Positions 9,260 to 20,809 of a DNA stretch of 42,803 bases are shown here, piece after piece. How positions within the stretch are numbered: the first letter of the stretch is position 1; every line of letters begins with the position of its first letter. This DNA comes from Chlamydiia bacterium (GTDB lineage: Bacteria > Chlamydiota > Chlamydiia > Chlamydiales > JBMOFD01): contig JBMOFD010000005.1 of assembly GCA_049314435.1 (NCBI GenBank), positions 1 to 42,803 of the forward strand, given 5' to 3'. The position numbers were made by a program, and so were the translations under genes. Below the pieces are notes generated by a model. It was not told the DNA's origin. It did no database searches and was given only the letters and a program-made list of their open reading frames with translations.

Positions 9260-11230
9260 ATGAGTTCTTCTAGTTCGGGCACTGGTCCTCCGCAGGGGTC
9301 AGACCTCCTCATCGCAGCGATTCGAAATGATCGCATGAAAAATGGGGGCATTTCCAAGGGGGCCCTTTCAGGAAACGCAAAACTGCGAGCGGATCTAGCC
9401 GATGGGGTCAGCAAAACCTACGAGAAATATTGCCAGCTGGTCGGCGAGAGGCTCGATGCGATTCCGATCACGGATCCGGCCAAGTTCTCAGTCGTCATCG
9501 ATCAGCTGAAGCAGTTCTCTCCGAGTCATCCATTGGATAGCAGTGACATTCCTGAGCTAAAAGTGCCCTTTGAAGATATTCAAGAGCTAATTGACTGCTC
9601 GGAGCTATATGCGGACAAGAATGTGGATAATATGCAACGCGCATTCGAGAGATTCGTTATAGATAGAATCCATGAGCATGGGGATCATCTAGATAAGGCG
9701 AGCCATGATCCTGTGTTAAGGCTCAAGCTTCTTGATGAGGGGATCGGCAAGGTCAAGGCCCAGGAACGCAGGACTGGGCTGACTTCCGAAGCCGTCATGA
9801 AAAAAGCTCAAGAAGAAGCAAGGGTGCGGGCAGAGCAGGTCGAGCGTCAGCAAGAGAGGCGCGCGGCAGTCGAGCTTGCTGCTCAGGAAAACCACCTTGC
9901 TGGTTTGAGTCGTGACGAAATCTTGCTGGAGATTGGGCATCGTGTACGTATGCTCGGACGCCTGGGTCCTGAGCTGCGAGCTGATCGAGCCTTTGTACTG
10001 GACGCCATTGAGAGGAATGGTGATGCATTGGCAGACGCGGCCCCTGAGCTGCGTGCTAACCGCGCCTTCGTGCTGCAGGCTGTCCAGCGAAATGGCTGGG
10101 CATTAGCGTATGCGCCGCTTGATCTGCAAGCTGACCGCGAGATTGTGCTGGCAGCTGTCCGACAGAACTGGCGTGTTGTTCGGAACGTGCTTCCTGCTCT
10201 TCGGGCAGACCGAGGGATCGTACTGGCCGCCGTTCAACAAGATGGGGACGCATTGGAATACGCGGCTCCTGAGCTGCGAGCGGACCGTACTATTGTGCTA
10301 GCGGCGGTCCGACGGAATGGGATTGCCTTGAGGTTCGCGAGTCCTGAACTGCAGGCCGATCGTCAGGTCGTACGAGCGGCTCTCCAACGAGCTGATGGGC
10401 GGGCGTTGGCATATGCAGCCCCCCACCTGCGGGCTGATCGTGCCCTTATGTTAGACGCTGTCCGCCTGGATGGGAGGACGTTGGCCTATGCGGCGCCTGA
10501 GCTGCGAGCTGACCGTGAGATCGTGCTGGCGGCCGTTCGGCAGTTTGGGTGGGCATTGGAACACGCGGCTCCTGAACTGCGAGCTGATCGCGCGCTCGTA
10601 CTGGAGGCGGTTCATCAGACGGGGGAGGCGTTCCAATTCGCCGCCCCTGAACTGAAGGCCGACCGAGGCCTTGTACTTGAGGCCGTTCAACGGCAAAGGA
10701 TGGCCTGGCAACATGTGGCTCCCGAGCTGCGAGCCGACCGTGAGATCGTGCTGGCGGTCGTTGAACAGCTTGAATGGGCGTTGGAATTCGCGGCTCCTGA
10801 ACTGAGGGCTGACCGCGCCTTCATATTGGAGGCCGTTCAACGGAATGGGCTTGCGTTGGAATTTATGACTCTTGAGCTGCGGGCTGACCGTGAGATCGTA
10901 CTGGCTGCGGTCCGGCAAAATGGGCTTGCATTAAAGCATGCGGCTTTGGCGCTGACAGCTGACAGGGAGGTTGTAAAGGAAGCCGTTCAGCAGAGTGGAT
11001 TGGCGCTGCAACACGCGGATTCCGAATTGCAAGCTGACCGTGAGATCGTCTTGGCTGCAATACGCAACAATGGACGGGCTTTGGAGTACGCATCGCCCGA
11101 GCTCCAGGCCGACTACGAGCTACGCATCGCTGCCGCTGAACGCAACCCTTGGCGAGTTCAGATGCTATGGACCCTCTGGACACTGGAGACGATCGGTCGT
11201 GGCATTGCGAGATTCATCTCTCGAAGCTAG
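9260..11230 (+). CDS. DUF4116-type repeat protein (16 x ~25-aa repeats), candidate effector
   Basis: GGAGG Shine-Dalgarno; Ser-rich N-terminus MSSSSSG; 75-nt periodic repeats at 9938-11140 with consensus xNGxALxYAAPELRADRxxVLxAVx. Confidence 0.85.
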   Translation: MSSSSSGTGPPQGSDLLIAAIRNDRMKNGGISKGALSGNAKLRADLADGVSKTYEKYCQLVGERLDAIPITDPAKFSVVIDQLKQFSPSHPLDSSDIPELKVPFEDIQELIDCSELYADKNVDNMQRAFERFVIDRIHEHGDHLDKASHDPVLRLKLLDEGIGKVKAQERRTGLTSEAVMKKAQEEARVRAEQVERQQERRAAVELAAQENHLAGLSRDEILLEIGHRVRMLGRLGPELRADRAFVLDAIERNGDALADAAPELRANRAFVLQAVQRNGWALAYAPLDLQADREIVLAAVRQNWRVVRNVLPALRADRGIVLAAVQQDGDALEYAAPELRADRTIVLAAVRRNGIALRFASPELQADRQVVRAALQRADGRALAYAAPHLRADRALMLDAVRLDGRTLAYAAPELRADREIVLAAVRQFGWALEHAAPELRADRALVLEAVHQTGEAFQFAAPELKADRGLVLEAVQRQRMAWQHVAPELRADREIVLAVVEQLEWALEFAAPELRADRAFILEAVQRNGLALEFMTLELRADREIVLAAVRQNGLALKHAALALTADREVVKEAVQQSGLALQHADSELQADREIVLAAIRNNGRALEYASPELQADYELRIAAAERNPWRVQMLWTLWTLETIGRGIARFISRS

Positions 11231-11234
11231 ACCT

Positions 11235-11493
11235 TCAGCGCCATCCTGGCGTGCGATTCCCTCGTTCCCCTCTGGCTAGTTCCAACAATGGCGGTAACTT
11301 CAGGTGATCCTCGTCTCCTCCAGAGGACCTCATCCAAGCCTGTCTCCAAGGAAGCAGAGCCATGGAGGCCAGGCAGAGCTCTATTGGATGCTTCCCAAGG
11401 CAAAGACCAACACCAGTCGGCCGGGAAATTTCACGGACCGCCCTGAAGAGTCTCATGACGAGTGGCTAGGGGAGCGCTATACTGCTCGCCTAG
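11235..11493 (-). pseudogene. 3'-terminal fragment of the mreD-like gene
   Basis: The last 57 codons are nearly identical in protein to the end of 13651..14214. Further upstream the homology decays through small indels and a CAG->TAG change. Confidence 0.8.
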
Positions 11494-11494
11494 C

Positions 11495-11516
11495 CGTTAC
11501 CCCGGCCGGGGTAACG
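11495..11516. repeat. Perfect 22-bp palindrome at the duplication junction
   Basis: CGTTACCCCGG|CCGGGGTAACG. Confidence 0.85.
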
Positions 11517-11539
11517 ATGACATGTCCTGCCCCTCTTCG

Positions 11540-13905
11540 CAGAGTGGTCATGTTTTGTTGATTCAGTTCAGCTGTGTACAAGGAGTTGTGGTTCGTGATC
11601 TCTGGAATCCATGGGGGTCTCATTCTGTAAGCGTGGGATCATCCTTATCGACAATGGATTCCGGCATGCGGGGAGGTTCAGATGAGTTCTTCTAGTTCGG
11701 GCGCTGGGCGTCCACCAGGTTCGGATGCCCTATGGGAGGCGATCCGAAATGATCGCATGCATAGCCTGGCAATTACCGAGGCTGACGTTGCGGAGAGACC
11801 AGTTCTGCGCGCGAACCTGGACGATGCGGTCGGCCAAACCTATCAGCACTATTGCAAACTGGTCGGTGAGAGACTGGATGCTATTCCGATCACGGATCAG
11901 GACAGATTTTCAGTCATTGTCGAACAACTAGAGCACTTCTCGCCAACCCACCCTTTAGATGCCAAGGGGATTCCTGATCTGGAGAGGCCATTTGAAGAGA
12001 TTCAGGAGTTAGCGGATTTCCCCGAGATGTACGTGGACCTGGCCCTACAGGACCGACCGGACCGACCGGACCTAAAGGGTGCATTCGAGGCATTCGTTGC
12101 GGATAGAATACATGAACACGGCCGGCATTTGGATGAGGCGAGCAAAGACCCCGCGTTAATGCGCAAGCTTCTTGATGAGGGAATCGACAAAGTAAGGATG
12201 CTGGAGACTAAGGCTGGATTGACTTCCGAGGCCGCAATGAAACAAGCACAGGAGCAAGCGAGGGCACGTGCAGAGCAGGCCGCGCGTCAAGCCGCTGGGG
12301 ATGGTTCTATCCCGGTTCAGGAGGATGTTCAGCTAACAGTTGCTGATGTGGAAGCAGCGGCGTGGTTGCAAACCATTGAGTTCGCCGCCCAACGTGTATT
12401 AGCAGAGCGTATGCAGGCACTGAGCGCCATCGAACGCGATGCACGTGAGCTTGAACGGCTAGATCCTATGATGCGGGCTGACAGAGGTTTCGTAAGGGCG
12501 GCTGTCCGTAGGAATGCGGAGGCATTGCAGTACGCGGATCCTAGGCTGGTGACTGACCGTGCCTTCGTGCTGCAGGTTATCGGAGGGAATGCGCGGGCTT
12601 TGCAGTACGCGGATCCTGAGCTGCGGACCGACCGTGCCTTCGTACTGGATGCCATCCAGCGGAATGAGTTGGCGTTGGAATATGCGGATCCTGCGCTGCT
12701 GGCCGACCGCGCTTTTGTGCTGGAGGTTATCGAAGGGAATGCGCGGGCTTTGCAGTACGCGGCTCCTGAGCTTAAGGCTGACCGCGCCTTCATGCTGGAG
12801 GCTGTCCGACTGAATAGCGGGGCATTGTTATACGCGGCTTCTGAGCTGAAAGCTGACCGCGCCTTCATGCTGGAGGCTGTCCGACTGAATAGCGTGGCGT
12901 TGAAATACGCGGCTCCTGAGCTGAAGGCTGACCGCGCCTTCATGCTGGATGCCATCCAACGGAATGGCGGGGCGTTGTATTACGCGGATCCTGAGCAGAA
13001 AGCTGACCGTGCTTTCGTACTTGAGGCCGTCCAACTGAACGGGAGCGCGTTGCACTATGCGGCTCCAGAGCTGCAAGCTGACCGAGAGATCGTGTTGCTC
13101 GCGGTTACGCAGGATGGGTTTTCGTTGGAATATGCGGCTCCTGAGTTGCGGGCTGACCGGGGGCTAGTGATGGTGGCCGTTCGGCGGAACGCATCAGCCT
13201 TGCGGTATGCGGCGCCCGAGCTGAAAGCTGACCGAGCCTTCATGATGGAGGCCGTCCGACGGAATGGGAGGGCGTTGAGGTACGCGGCTCCTGAGCTGCT
13301 GGCCGACCGTGAGATTGTGCTGGCGGCTATCCAGCAAAGTGAGGGGGCGTTTCAGTATGTGCCGCTTGAGCTGACAGCTGACCGAGCCTTCTTGCTGGAA
13401 GCCCTCCAACGAAATGTGACCGCGTTGGCATGTATGCCCCCTGAGCTGCTGGCAGACCGGGCCTTTATGTTGGCTGCGATTCGAATGAACCGACAAGCGC
13501 TGAGGTACGCGGATCCCGAGCTCCGGGCCGACTACGAGCTACAGATCGCTGCTGAACACAACCCCTGGCGAGTTCAGATGCTGTGGTCCCTTTGGACATT
13601 GCAGACGATCGGTCGTGGCATTGCGAGATTCATCTCCCGAAGCTAGACCTTCAGCGCCATCCTGGCCTCCGTTCACCGCGTCCTCCGCGTGCTAACTCCA
13701 ACAATGGCGGTAACTTCAGGTGATCCTCGTCTCCTCCAGAGGACTTCATCCAGGCCTGTCTCCAAGGAAGAAGAGCCATGGAGGCCAGGCAGAGTTCTAC
13801 TGGATGCTTCCCGAGACAAAGTCCCCACCAACCTCCCGGGAACTCCACGGAACAGCCAAAGAGGCCCATGACCAGTGGCTGGAGTAGAGCTGTACTCCAC
13901 GCTAG
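11540..13905 (+). repeat. Tandem duplication unit, copy 2
   Basis: Homologous to 9120-11493 at an offset of ~2420 bp. Confidence 0.85.
11682..13646 (+). CDS. DUF4116-type repeat protein (15 x ~25-aa repeats), paralogue of 9260..11230
   Basis: Same SD and start context; homologous ~200-aa N-domain; repeats at 12435-13556; near-identical C-terminus NPWRVQMLW.LWTL.TIGRGIARFISRS. Confidence 0.85.
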   Translation: MSSSSSGAGRPPGSDALWEAIRNDRMHSLAITEADVAERPVLRANLDDAVGQTYQHYCKLVGERLDAIPITDQDRFSVIVEQLEHFSPTHPLDAKGIPDLERPFEEIQELADFPEMYVDLALQDRPDRPDLKGAFEAFVADRIHEHGRHLDEASKDPALMRKLLDEGIDKVRMLETKAGLTSEAAMKQAQEQARARAEQAARQAAGDGSIPVQEDVQLTVADVEAAAWLQTIEFAAQRVLAERMQALSAIERDARELERLDPMMRADRGFVRAAVRRNAEALQYADPRLVTDRAFVLQVIGGNARALQYADPELRTDRAFVLDAIQRNELALEYADPALLADRAFVLEVIEGNARALQYAAPELKADRAFMLEAVRLNSGALLYAASELKADRAFMLEAVRLNSVALKYAAPELKADRAFMLDAIQRNGGALYYADPEQKADRAFVLEAVQLNGSALHYAAPELQADREIVLLAVTQDGFSLEYAAPELRADRGLVMVAVRRNASALRYAAPELKADRAFMMEAVRRNGRALRYAAPELLADREIVLAAIQQSEGAFQYVPLELTADRAFLLEALQRNVTALACMPPELLADRAFMLAAIRMNRQALRYADPELRADYELQIAAEHNPWRVQMLWSLWTLQTIGRGIARFISRS

Positions 13906-14214
13906 GATCAGGGTGATCGTGGGGAGAGAAAAGAGCCGTGCGACATCAAACCGGCGCTGGAGCCCATGCAGGCAGAAGCAGGCTAGGCCAAGGGTCACGG
14001 CGTGCGACCCAAGACGTACTTGCCAGTCTAGAGCATCCCAAACCAGGCCAGCCAGACAGGCTCCTCCAACAGAGGCGCTTCTCGAAAGGCGTAAGAGTCC
14101 GAGAGCACACACGACGATCAGATACTGCGGGGGGGAGGAGCTCCAGGCAAGAGAAGTTGCCCAGGCTATGCTCGCCAGGCTGCCTAACAATAGGAATAGG
14201 AGTTTTTGGCGCAT
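13651..14214 (-). CDS. Multi-pass membrane protein, MreD-like
   Basis: About 5 hydrophobic segments; GLVWDAL...LGSHAVTL resembles the MreD G-L-x-x-D...LG pattern; ATG 14214 overlaps the galE 3' end. Confidence 0.5.
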   Translation of the reverse strand: MRQKLLFLLLGSLASIAWATSLAWSSSPPQYLIVVCALGLLRLSRSASVGGACLAGLVWDALDWQVRLGSHAVTLGLACFCLHGLQRRFDVARLFSLPTITLILAWSTALLQPLVMGLFGCSVEFPGGWWGLCLGKHPVELCLASMALLPWRQAWMKSSGGDEDHLKLPPLLELARGGRGERRPGWR

Positions 14215-15218
14215 TCCCAGCCCCATGCTGTTGAGAGGATCGATGTGAGGGTACTGCGAGTAGGAGCCCAATGCAACTCTTCCCGGAGGGTGCGCGAGTC
14301 GGCTATGAGGCAGTCTGGATCTTCGGTTCGCCTAGGTCCCCAGTGTAGATCAATCGGCTGCTGCAATAGCTGTTCTGTGGCACGGATGACCTCAAGCACG
14401 GTCGTACCCTGCTCTGTTCCCACATTCAAACAATGCGGGAGAGGAGGACGGCTCCCTGATGCCGTCGACAGTAGGGCCTCCATTGCAAGGATGTGGGCAT
14501 CCGCAAGGTCAGTCACATGTAGGTAGTCTCGTTCGGCGGTCCCATCACGGGTGTTGAAGTCCTGCCCATAGACCGTGAAGGGTTGCCGATGACGAGCCGC
14601 CTGCAAGAGTCGTGGAATGAGGTGTGTCTCCGGCGTGTGATCTTCCCCTAGCACTAGAGAGAGATTGGCGCCCGCTGCGTTGAAATAGCGTAGGCAGAGG
14701 AGCTGGGTGGAGAGGGCTGAGGCCCAGTCGAGCGCGATGCGCTCGATCATCGCCTTGCTCTGCCCATATGGATGGGTGGGCATGATGGGAGCTGTTTCCG
14801 GAATGGGCACAGTAGAGGGATTCCCATAGACAGCGGCTGATGAGCTGATGAGCAGAATTGGAGTAGAAGCCCCCTCCATAGCCGACAGCAGAGAGAGAAA
14901 CCCGCTGATGTTGTGGTCGTAGTACTCCAGAGGACTGCGTACTGAATCTTGCACGATCGACTTGGCAGCCAGGTGGATCACAGCCTGTGGTCGTTCATCG
15001 AGAAAGAGCTGCTGCAGGGCCGCTCGGTCACGCAGGTCGAGATGAACTAGACGTCCCCAGCGCACAGCATGCCTATGTCCGGTGGAGAGATTGTCTACGA
15101 TGATAGGGAGCCAACCAGCTTCATGGAGGGCATGGCACACATGGGCGCCGATGTAGCCAGCTCCTCCTGTGACGATCACAGTGCGCTCATGAACAGTTGG
15201 GAACAACCTACCTATCAC
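14184..15218 (-). CDS. galE: UDP-glucose 4-epimerase
   Basis: Motifs VTGGAGYIG, DNLSTGH, SSSAAVYG, YGQSK (YxxxK), LRYFNAAGA, ETHLIP and RDYLHV. Confidence 0.95.
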   Translation of the reverse strand: MIGRLFPTVHERTVIVTGGAGYIGAHVCHALHEAGWLPIIVDNLSTGHRHAVRWGRLVHLDLRDRAALQQLFLDERPQAVIHLAAKSIVQDSVRSPLEYYDHNISGFLSLLSAMEGASTPILLISSSAAVYGNPSTVPIPETAPIMPTHPYGQSKAMIERIALDWASALSTQLLCLRYFNAAGANLSLVLGEDHTPETHLIPRLLQAARHRQPFTVYGQDFNTRDGTAERDYLHVTDLADAHILAMEALLSTASGSRPPLPHCLNVGTEQGTTVLEVIRATEQLLQQPIDLHWGPRRTEDPDCLIADSRTLREELHWAPTRSTLTSILSTAWGWECAKNSYSYC

Positions 15219-15224
15219 AATACG

Positions 15225-15902
15225 TCAGTACGCTCCGCAAGGCCGTAACATCTGAGTCACGGTCTGAACGATCATCCGCAGGTCTACTGGGAAGGTCCAG
15301 GTGCGCACATACTCCAGGTCTAGAGCTACGCGCTGTGCATAGGTCAGGTGGGAGCGGCCGCTGAGCTGCCAGGTGCAGGTCAGGCCAGGGCGCATGCTCA
15401 AGATCTCCAGAGCGGCTTCTTGAAGGTGGGTCTCGATCTCAGGGCGCGTGAGGGGCCTGGGGCCGACGAGGCTGAGGTCCCCAATGAGGACATTCCAGAA
15501 CTGAGGGAGCTCGTCGAGGCTCGTGCGACGTAACCAGGCCCCTAGTGGCGTGATCCGAGGGTCTCTCTGCAACTTCTGAGATGAGGCCCACTCTTCACGG
15601 AGAGAAGCATCTGATCCGAGAAGCTCTTGAAGTTGCTCTTCGGCATCCACGGTCATCGAGCGCAGTTTCCAGATGCGAAAGGGACGGCCATAGCGACCCA
15701 TGCGGACTTGTGAATAGAGAATGGGCCCTGGATCGACCAGCCAAATCAAGAGTCCGAGCAGTGCGAGGAGAGGGATGCCGCCAAGAAGAGCCAGGATGGA
15801 GAAGAGAATATCAAACAAGCGCTTGAGTACGAGTCTCAGCGAGCGAGCTGAACGTAGGGTGAAGAGGCCTTCTGGGGAGCGCTGAAGAAGTGAGGGCTGC
15901 AT
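15225..15902 (-). CDS. Phosphoglycosyl transferase (bacterial sugar transferase; WbaP/WcaJ catalytic-domain type)
   Basis: KRLFDI, one hydrophobic helix, KLRSM, DPRIT, SLDELPQFWNVLIGDLSLVGPRP, PGLT. Confidence 0.92.
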   Translation of the reverse strand: MQPSLLQRSPEGLFTLRSARSLRLVLKRLFDILFSILALLGGIPLLALLGLLIWLVDPGPILYSQVRMGRYGRPFRIWKLRSMTVDAEEQLQELLGSDASLREEWASSQKLQRDPRITPLGAWLRRTSLDELPQFWNVLIGDLSLVGPRPLTRPEIETHLQEAALEILSMRPGLTCTWQLSGRSHLTYAQRVALDLEYVRTWTFPVDLRMIVQTVTQMLRPCGAY

Positions 15903-15923
15903 AGAGGGTGGCTCCAGTCCTCG

Positions 15924-16790
15924 TCAATGTAGACGATGGACGAGCCTCTCAGCAAGATGGAGCAGGTGATCGGGATGTCTGAGCTCCTGTCGGATCCGCT
16001 GTGCGGCGTGATCGAGGAGCTGTAGGGCCTGGCTACGAGCTAAGGCGACGCCAAGGACTTCGACTGCGGAGATCGTAGGGGGGCGGCGATGGTCGGAGTG
16101 GGCCGCCGTCTGCATAAGCAGAATATCTTCGATCAACTGATGAGCAATACCCAGCTCCTCTCCAATTAGGCCCAGTCGTTTGCAGGTGACCTGAGAGGTG
16201 TGGGCGAGGACCGAGGCGCACTCCAAGGCGCAGCGCATCAAACTTCCCGTCTTCAGGCGGTGTACTTCCCAGATCTGGTCAGGGGAGAGATCTTCAACCC
16301 GTAGCTGCAGCTGTCTTACCTGACCACGGATGAGCTGTTCTCCTCCCGCGTAGTGGGACATCTTGGAGATCAGGCTGAGGCGGCACGTTGGGCTGAGATG
16401 CTCTTGGTTGGAGACGATCTCATAAGCGAACTGCACCAATGCTTGGCTGGAGAGAACGAAAAGGTCATGAGGGGTGTGGGTCGAACTGGGCCGATGTGAG
16501 CCATGGGTCGTGGTATGATGGGCGTTCTCGCAAGTGAGGGAGGCTAGATGTAGGCACTCAAGAGAGCAGGCCACCTCAAGAGCAGAACTCCATGAGGTCC
16601 CTAGCCCCTCCGCAGTCGCTAAGAGAAGGAGAGGGCGTAGCCGTTTGCCACCATGGAGAATCTCCTCGAACACGGGACTCAACGATGAGGGCTCCAGGCT
16701 CTGGACAAGAGACAGGAGTCGCTGGTCGAGGGCCTCCTTGAACGAGGCTAGTTGGGGAGGAAGAGGCAAGAGTGTTGATGTCGATGTCAT
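15924..16790 (-). CDS. Polyprenyl synthase (IspA/GGPPS fold) homologue with degenerate Asp-rich motifs
   Basis: GGKRLRP, ACSLECLH, GQ and KTGSL are retained. The first motif reads LTCENAH and the second HQLIEDILL. Confidence 0.8.
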   Translation of the reverse strand: MTSTSTLLPLPPQLASFKEALDQRLLSLVQSLEPSSLSPVFEEILHGGKRLRPLLLLATAEGLGTSWSSALEVACSLECLHLASLTCENAHHTTTHGSHRPSSTHTPHDLFVLSSQALVQFAYEIVSNQEHLSPTCRLSLISKMSHYAGGEQLIRGQVRQLQLRVEDLSPDQIWEVHRLKTGSLMRCALECASVLAHTSQVTCKRLGLIGEELGIAHQLIEDILLMQTAAHSDHRRPPTISAVEVLGVALARSQALQLLDHAAQRIRQELRHPDHLLHLAERLVHRLH

Positions 16791-16887
16791 GTGACCTCAG
16801 ACGTAGCGCTGGTCGATAGAATTTCGAGCATTCTATGCGTATCGCCAATGCAGCGGGAAGGTTTTTTTGTGTGGACCTCGCTTCCTT

Positions 16888-19674
<2,787 letters not shown>

Positions 19675-19739
19675 AGAAAAGACTCCAAAGTTGCCGTGCC
19701 ACTGGGGAGTCTATGATTAGAGGGCGGATGTCGGCAACT

Positions 19740-20726
19740 CTATCTCGACGAAGGTCGCTGTAGAGGGCCTTTGTGGTCATACCACGCGCTGATGGCCACG
19801 ATGAAGGAGACGATGGCAATGGCTTGATTCCCAAAGGAAAGAGCGAAGCGCGCGGCGGGTAGGTAGTGACTGGTCAACGTGCGAGCGATGAGCCAAGCGA
19901 AAACACTACTGCCTATAAGAAACCTGCGACCTCCAGCATCGGGCGCAGAGAGCCGACTGTGGACCGACTGGAGCGCACCTTCGTTGCCGGCCACACCTCG
20001 GTTCATCTCGACTGTAATCAGTCCAGCAAGGCCGCTCCATAGAGTCACCGGACCGGCCAGGACCGAGCCAGCCAGGACGCAGGCCGTCATCAACCAGAAC
20101 TGACTGCGAGGACGTCGCATGTAAGCTCGCCAGCTCTCCGGTTCGTTCACCGTGGAGGGCGGTTTTTGGGCAGAGCGCTTTCGAGTTTTTTTTGTCTCAC
20201 GGGCCGTCGGGACCGTTTCTGTGGCAGAAGGACTTGGAGAAGGTCCCTTTGCCTGATGCCAAGCACAAGCTGCTACCGCGAGGGGAATGAGTGGGATGAT
20301 CTGGTCTAGAAGAGGCACGCTCAGTTGCACAAACGGAATGGAGAGCAGCGTGGAACGAAAGGTCAGCCAGGCAAAAAGGCTGCAGGCAAAGCAGAAACGA
20401 CGGGGAAGTCGACTCGGTTCTGTGAGGAATCGATGCAAGGAGGAGATGCTCTTCTCACTCTCGGGGTTGGCAAGGAGAAGCCTCATGGCTACAAGACCCG
20501 TGAGTACACTGACTGCCATGGCCGGCCCAGATAGGGCAACACCCATAGCTACGCAACCGGTCATGGCCCAGAATTGTCGGCGGGGGTCGCGCACCTTGTC
20601 GAGCCAACTCTCGTGATGTTCATCTACAGAAGGCAGCTCGCCAAATGGAAGGTCTAGCCGACTAGGCGTGGGGGTGCGAGACGTTGAACAGCTACCGCTT
20701 GGTAAAGAGCTAGATGTGGAAGACAA
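19740..20726 (-). CDS. Membrane protein with an internal two-fold repeat and Ser/Thr/Pro-rich N-terminus (Inc-like candidate)
   Basis: TTG start with GAGGAGG SD upstream; two homologous ~118-aa hydrophobic modules separated by a basic/Pro linker. Confidence 0.75.
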   Translation of the reverse strand: MSSTSSSLPSGSCSTSRTPTPSRLDLPFGELPSVDEHHESWLDKVRDPRRQFWAMTGCVAMGVALSGPAMAVSVLTGLVAMRLLLANPESEKSISSLHRFLTEPSRLPRRFCFACSLFAWLTFRSTLLSIPFVQLSVPLLDQIIPLIPLAVAACAWHQAKGPSPSPSATETVPTARETKKTRKRSAQKPPSTVNEPESWRAYMRRPRSQFWLMTACVLAGSVLAGPVTLWSGLAGLITVEMNRGVAGNEGALQSVHSRLSAPDAGGRRFLIGSSVFAWLIARTLTSHYLPAARFALSFGNQAIAIVSFIVAISAWYDHKGPLQRPSSR

Positions 20727-20809
20727 GAGGTCCCTCCTCGTTCTCTATACCAATCATCATAAAGGCATTTTCGTTAATAAGAAACCATTCTGGGATGAAT
20801 TAAGTGATC

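Larger units (their letters stand above)
9120..11493 (+). repeat. Tandem duplication unit, copy 1 (leader + DUF4116 gene + 3' end of the convergent mreD-like gene)
   Basis: Leader 9120-9280 aligns with 11540-11702 (shared cagctgtgtacaaggagttgtggttcgtgatctctgga and acaatggattccggcatgcggggaggttcagATG). 11231-11493 aligns with 13647-13905. Confidence 0.85.

Noticed and set aside
9938..13556. 75-bp periodic DNA repeats as a CRISPR array
   Set aside because: The repeats are degenerate, in frame and protein-coding, vary at synonymous positions, have no unique spacers, and no cas genes are present.
9120..13905. Diversity-generating retroelement (TR/VR pair) in the duplicated regions
   Set aside because: No reverse transcriptase in the window, and differences between copies are not adenine-specific.
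16816..16836. ATAGAAT-N7-ATTCTAT inverted repeat upstream of the prenyl-synthase homologue
   Set aside because: Only a 7-bp arm with no recognisable operator consensus or second occurrence; could be chance.
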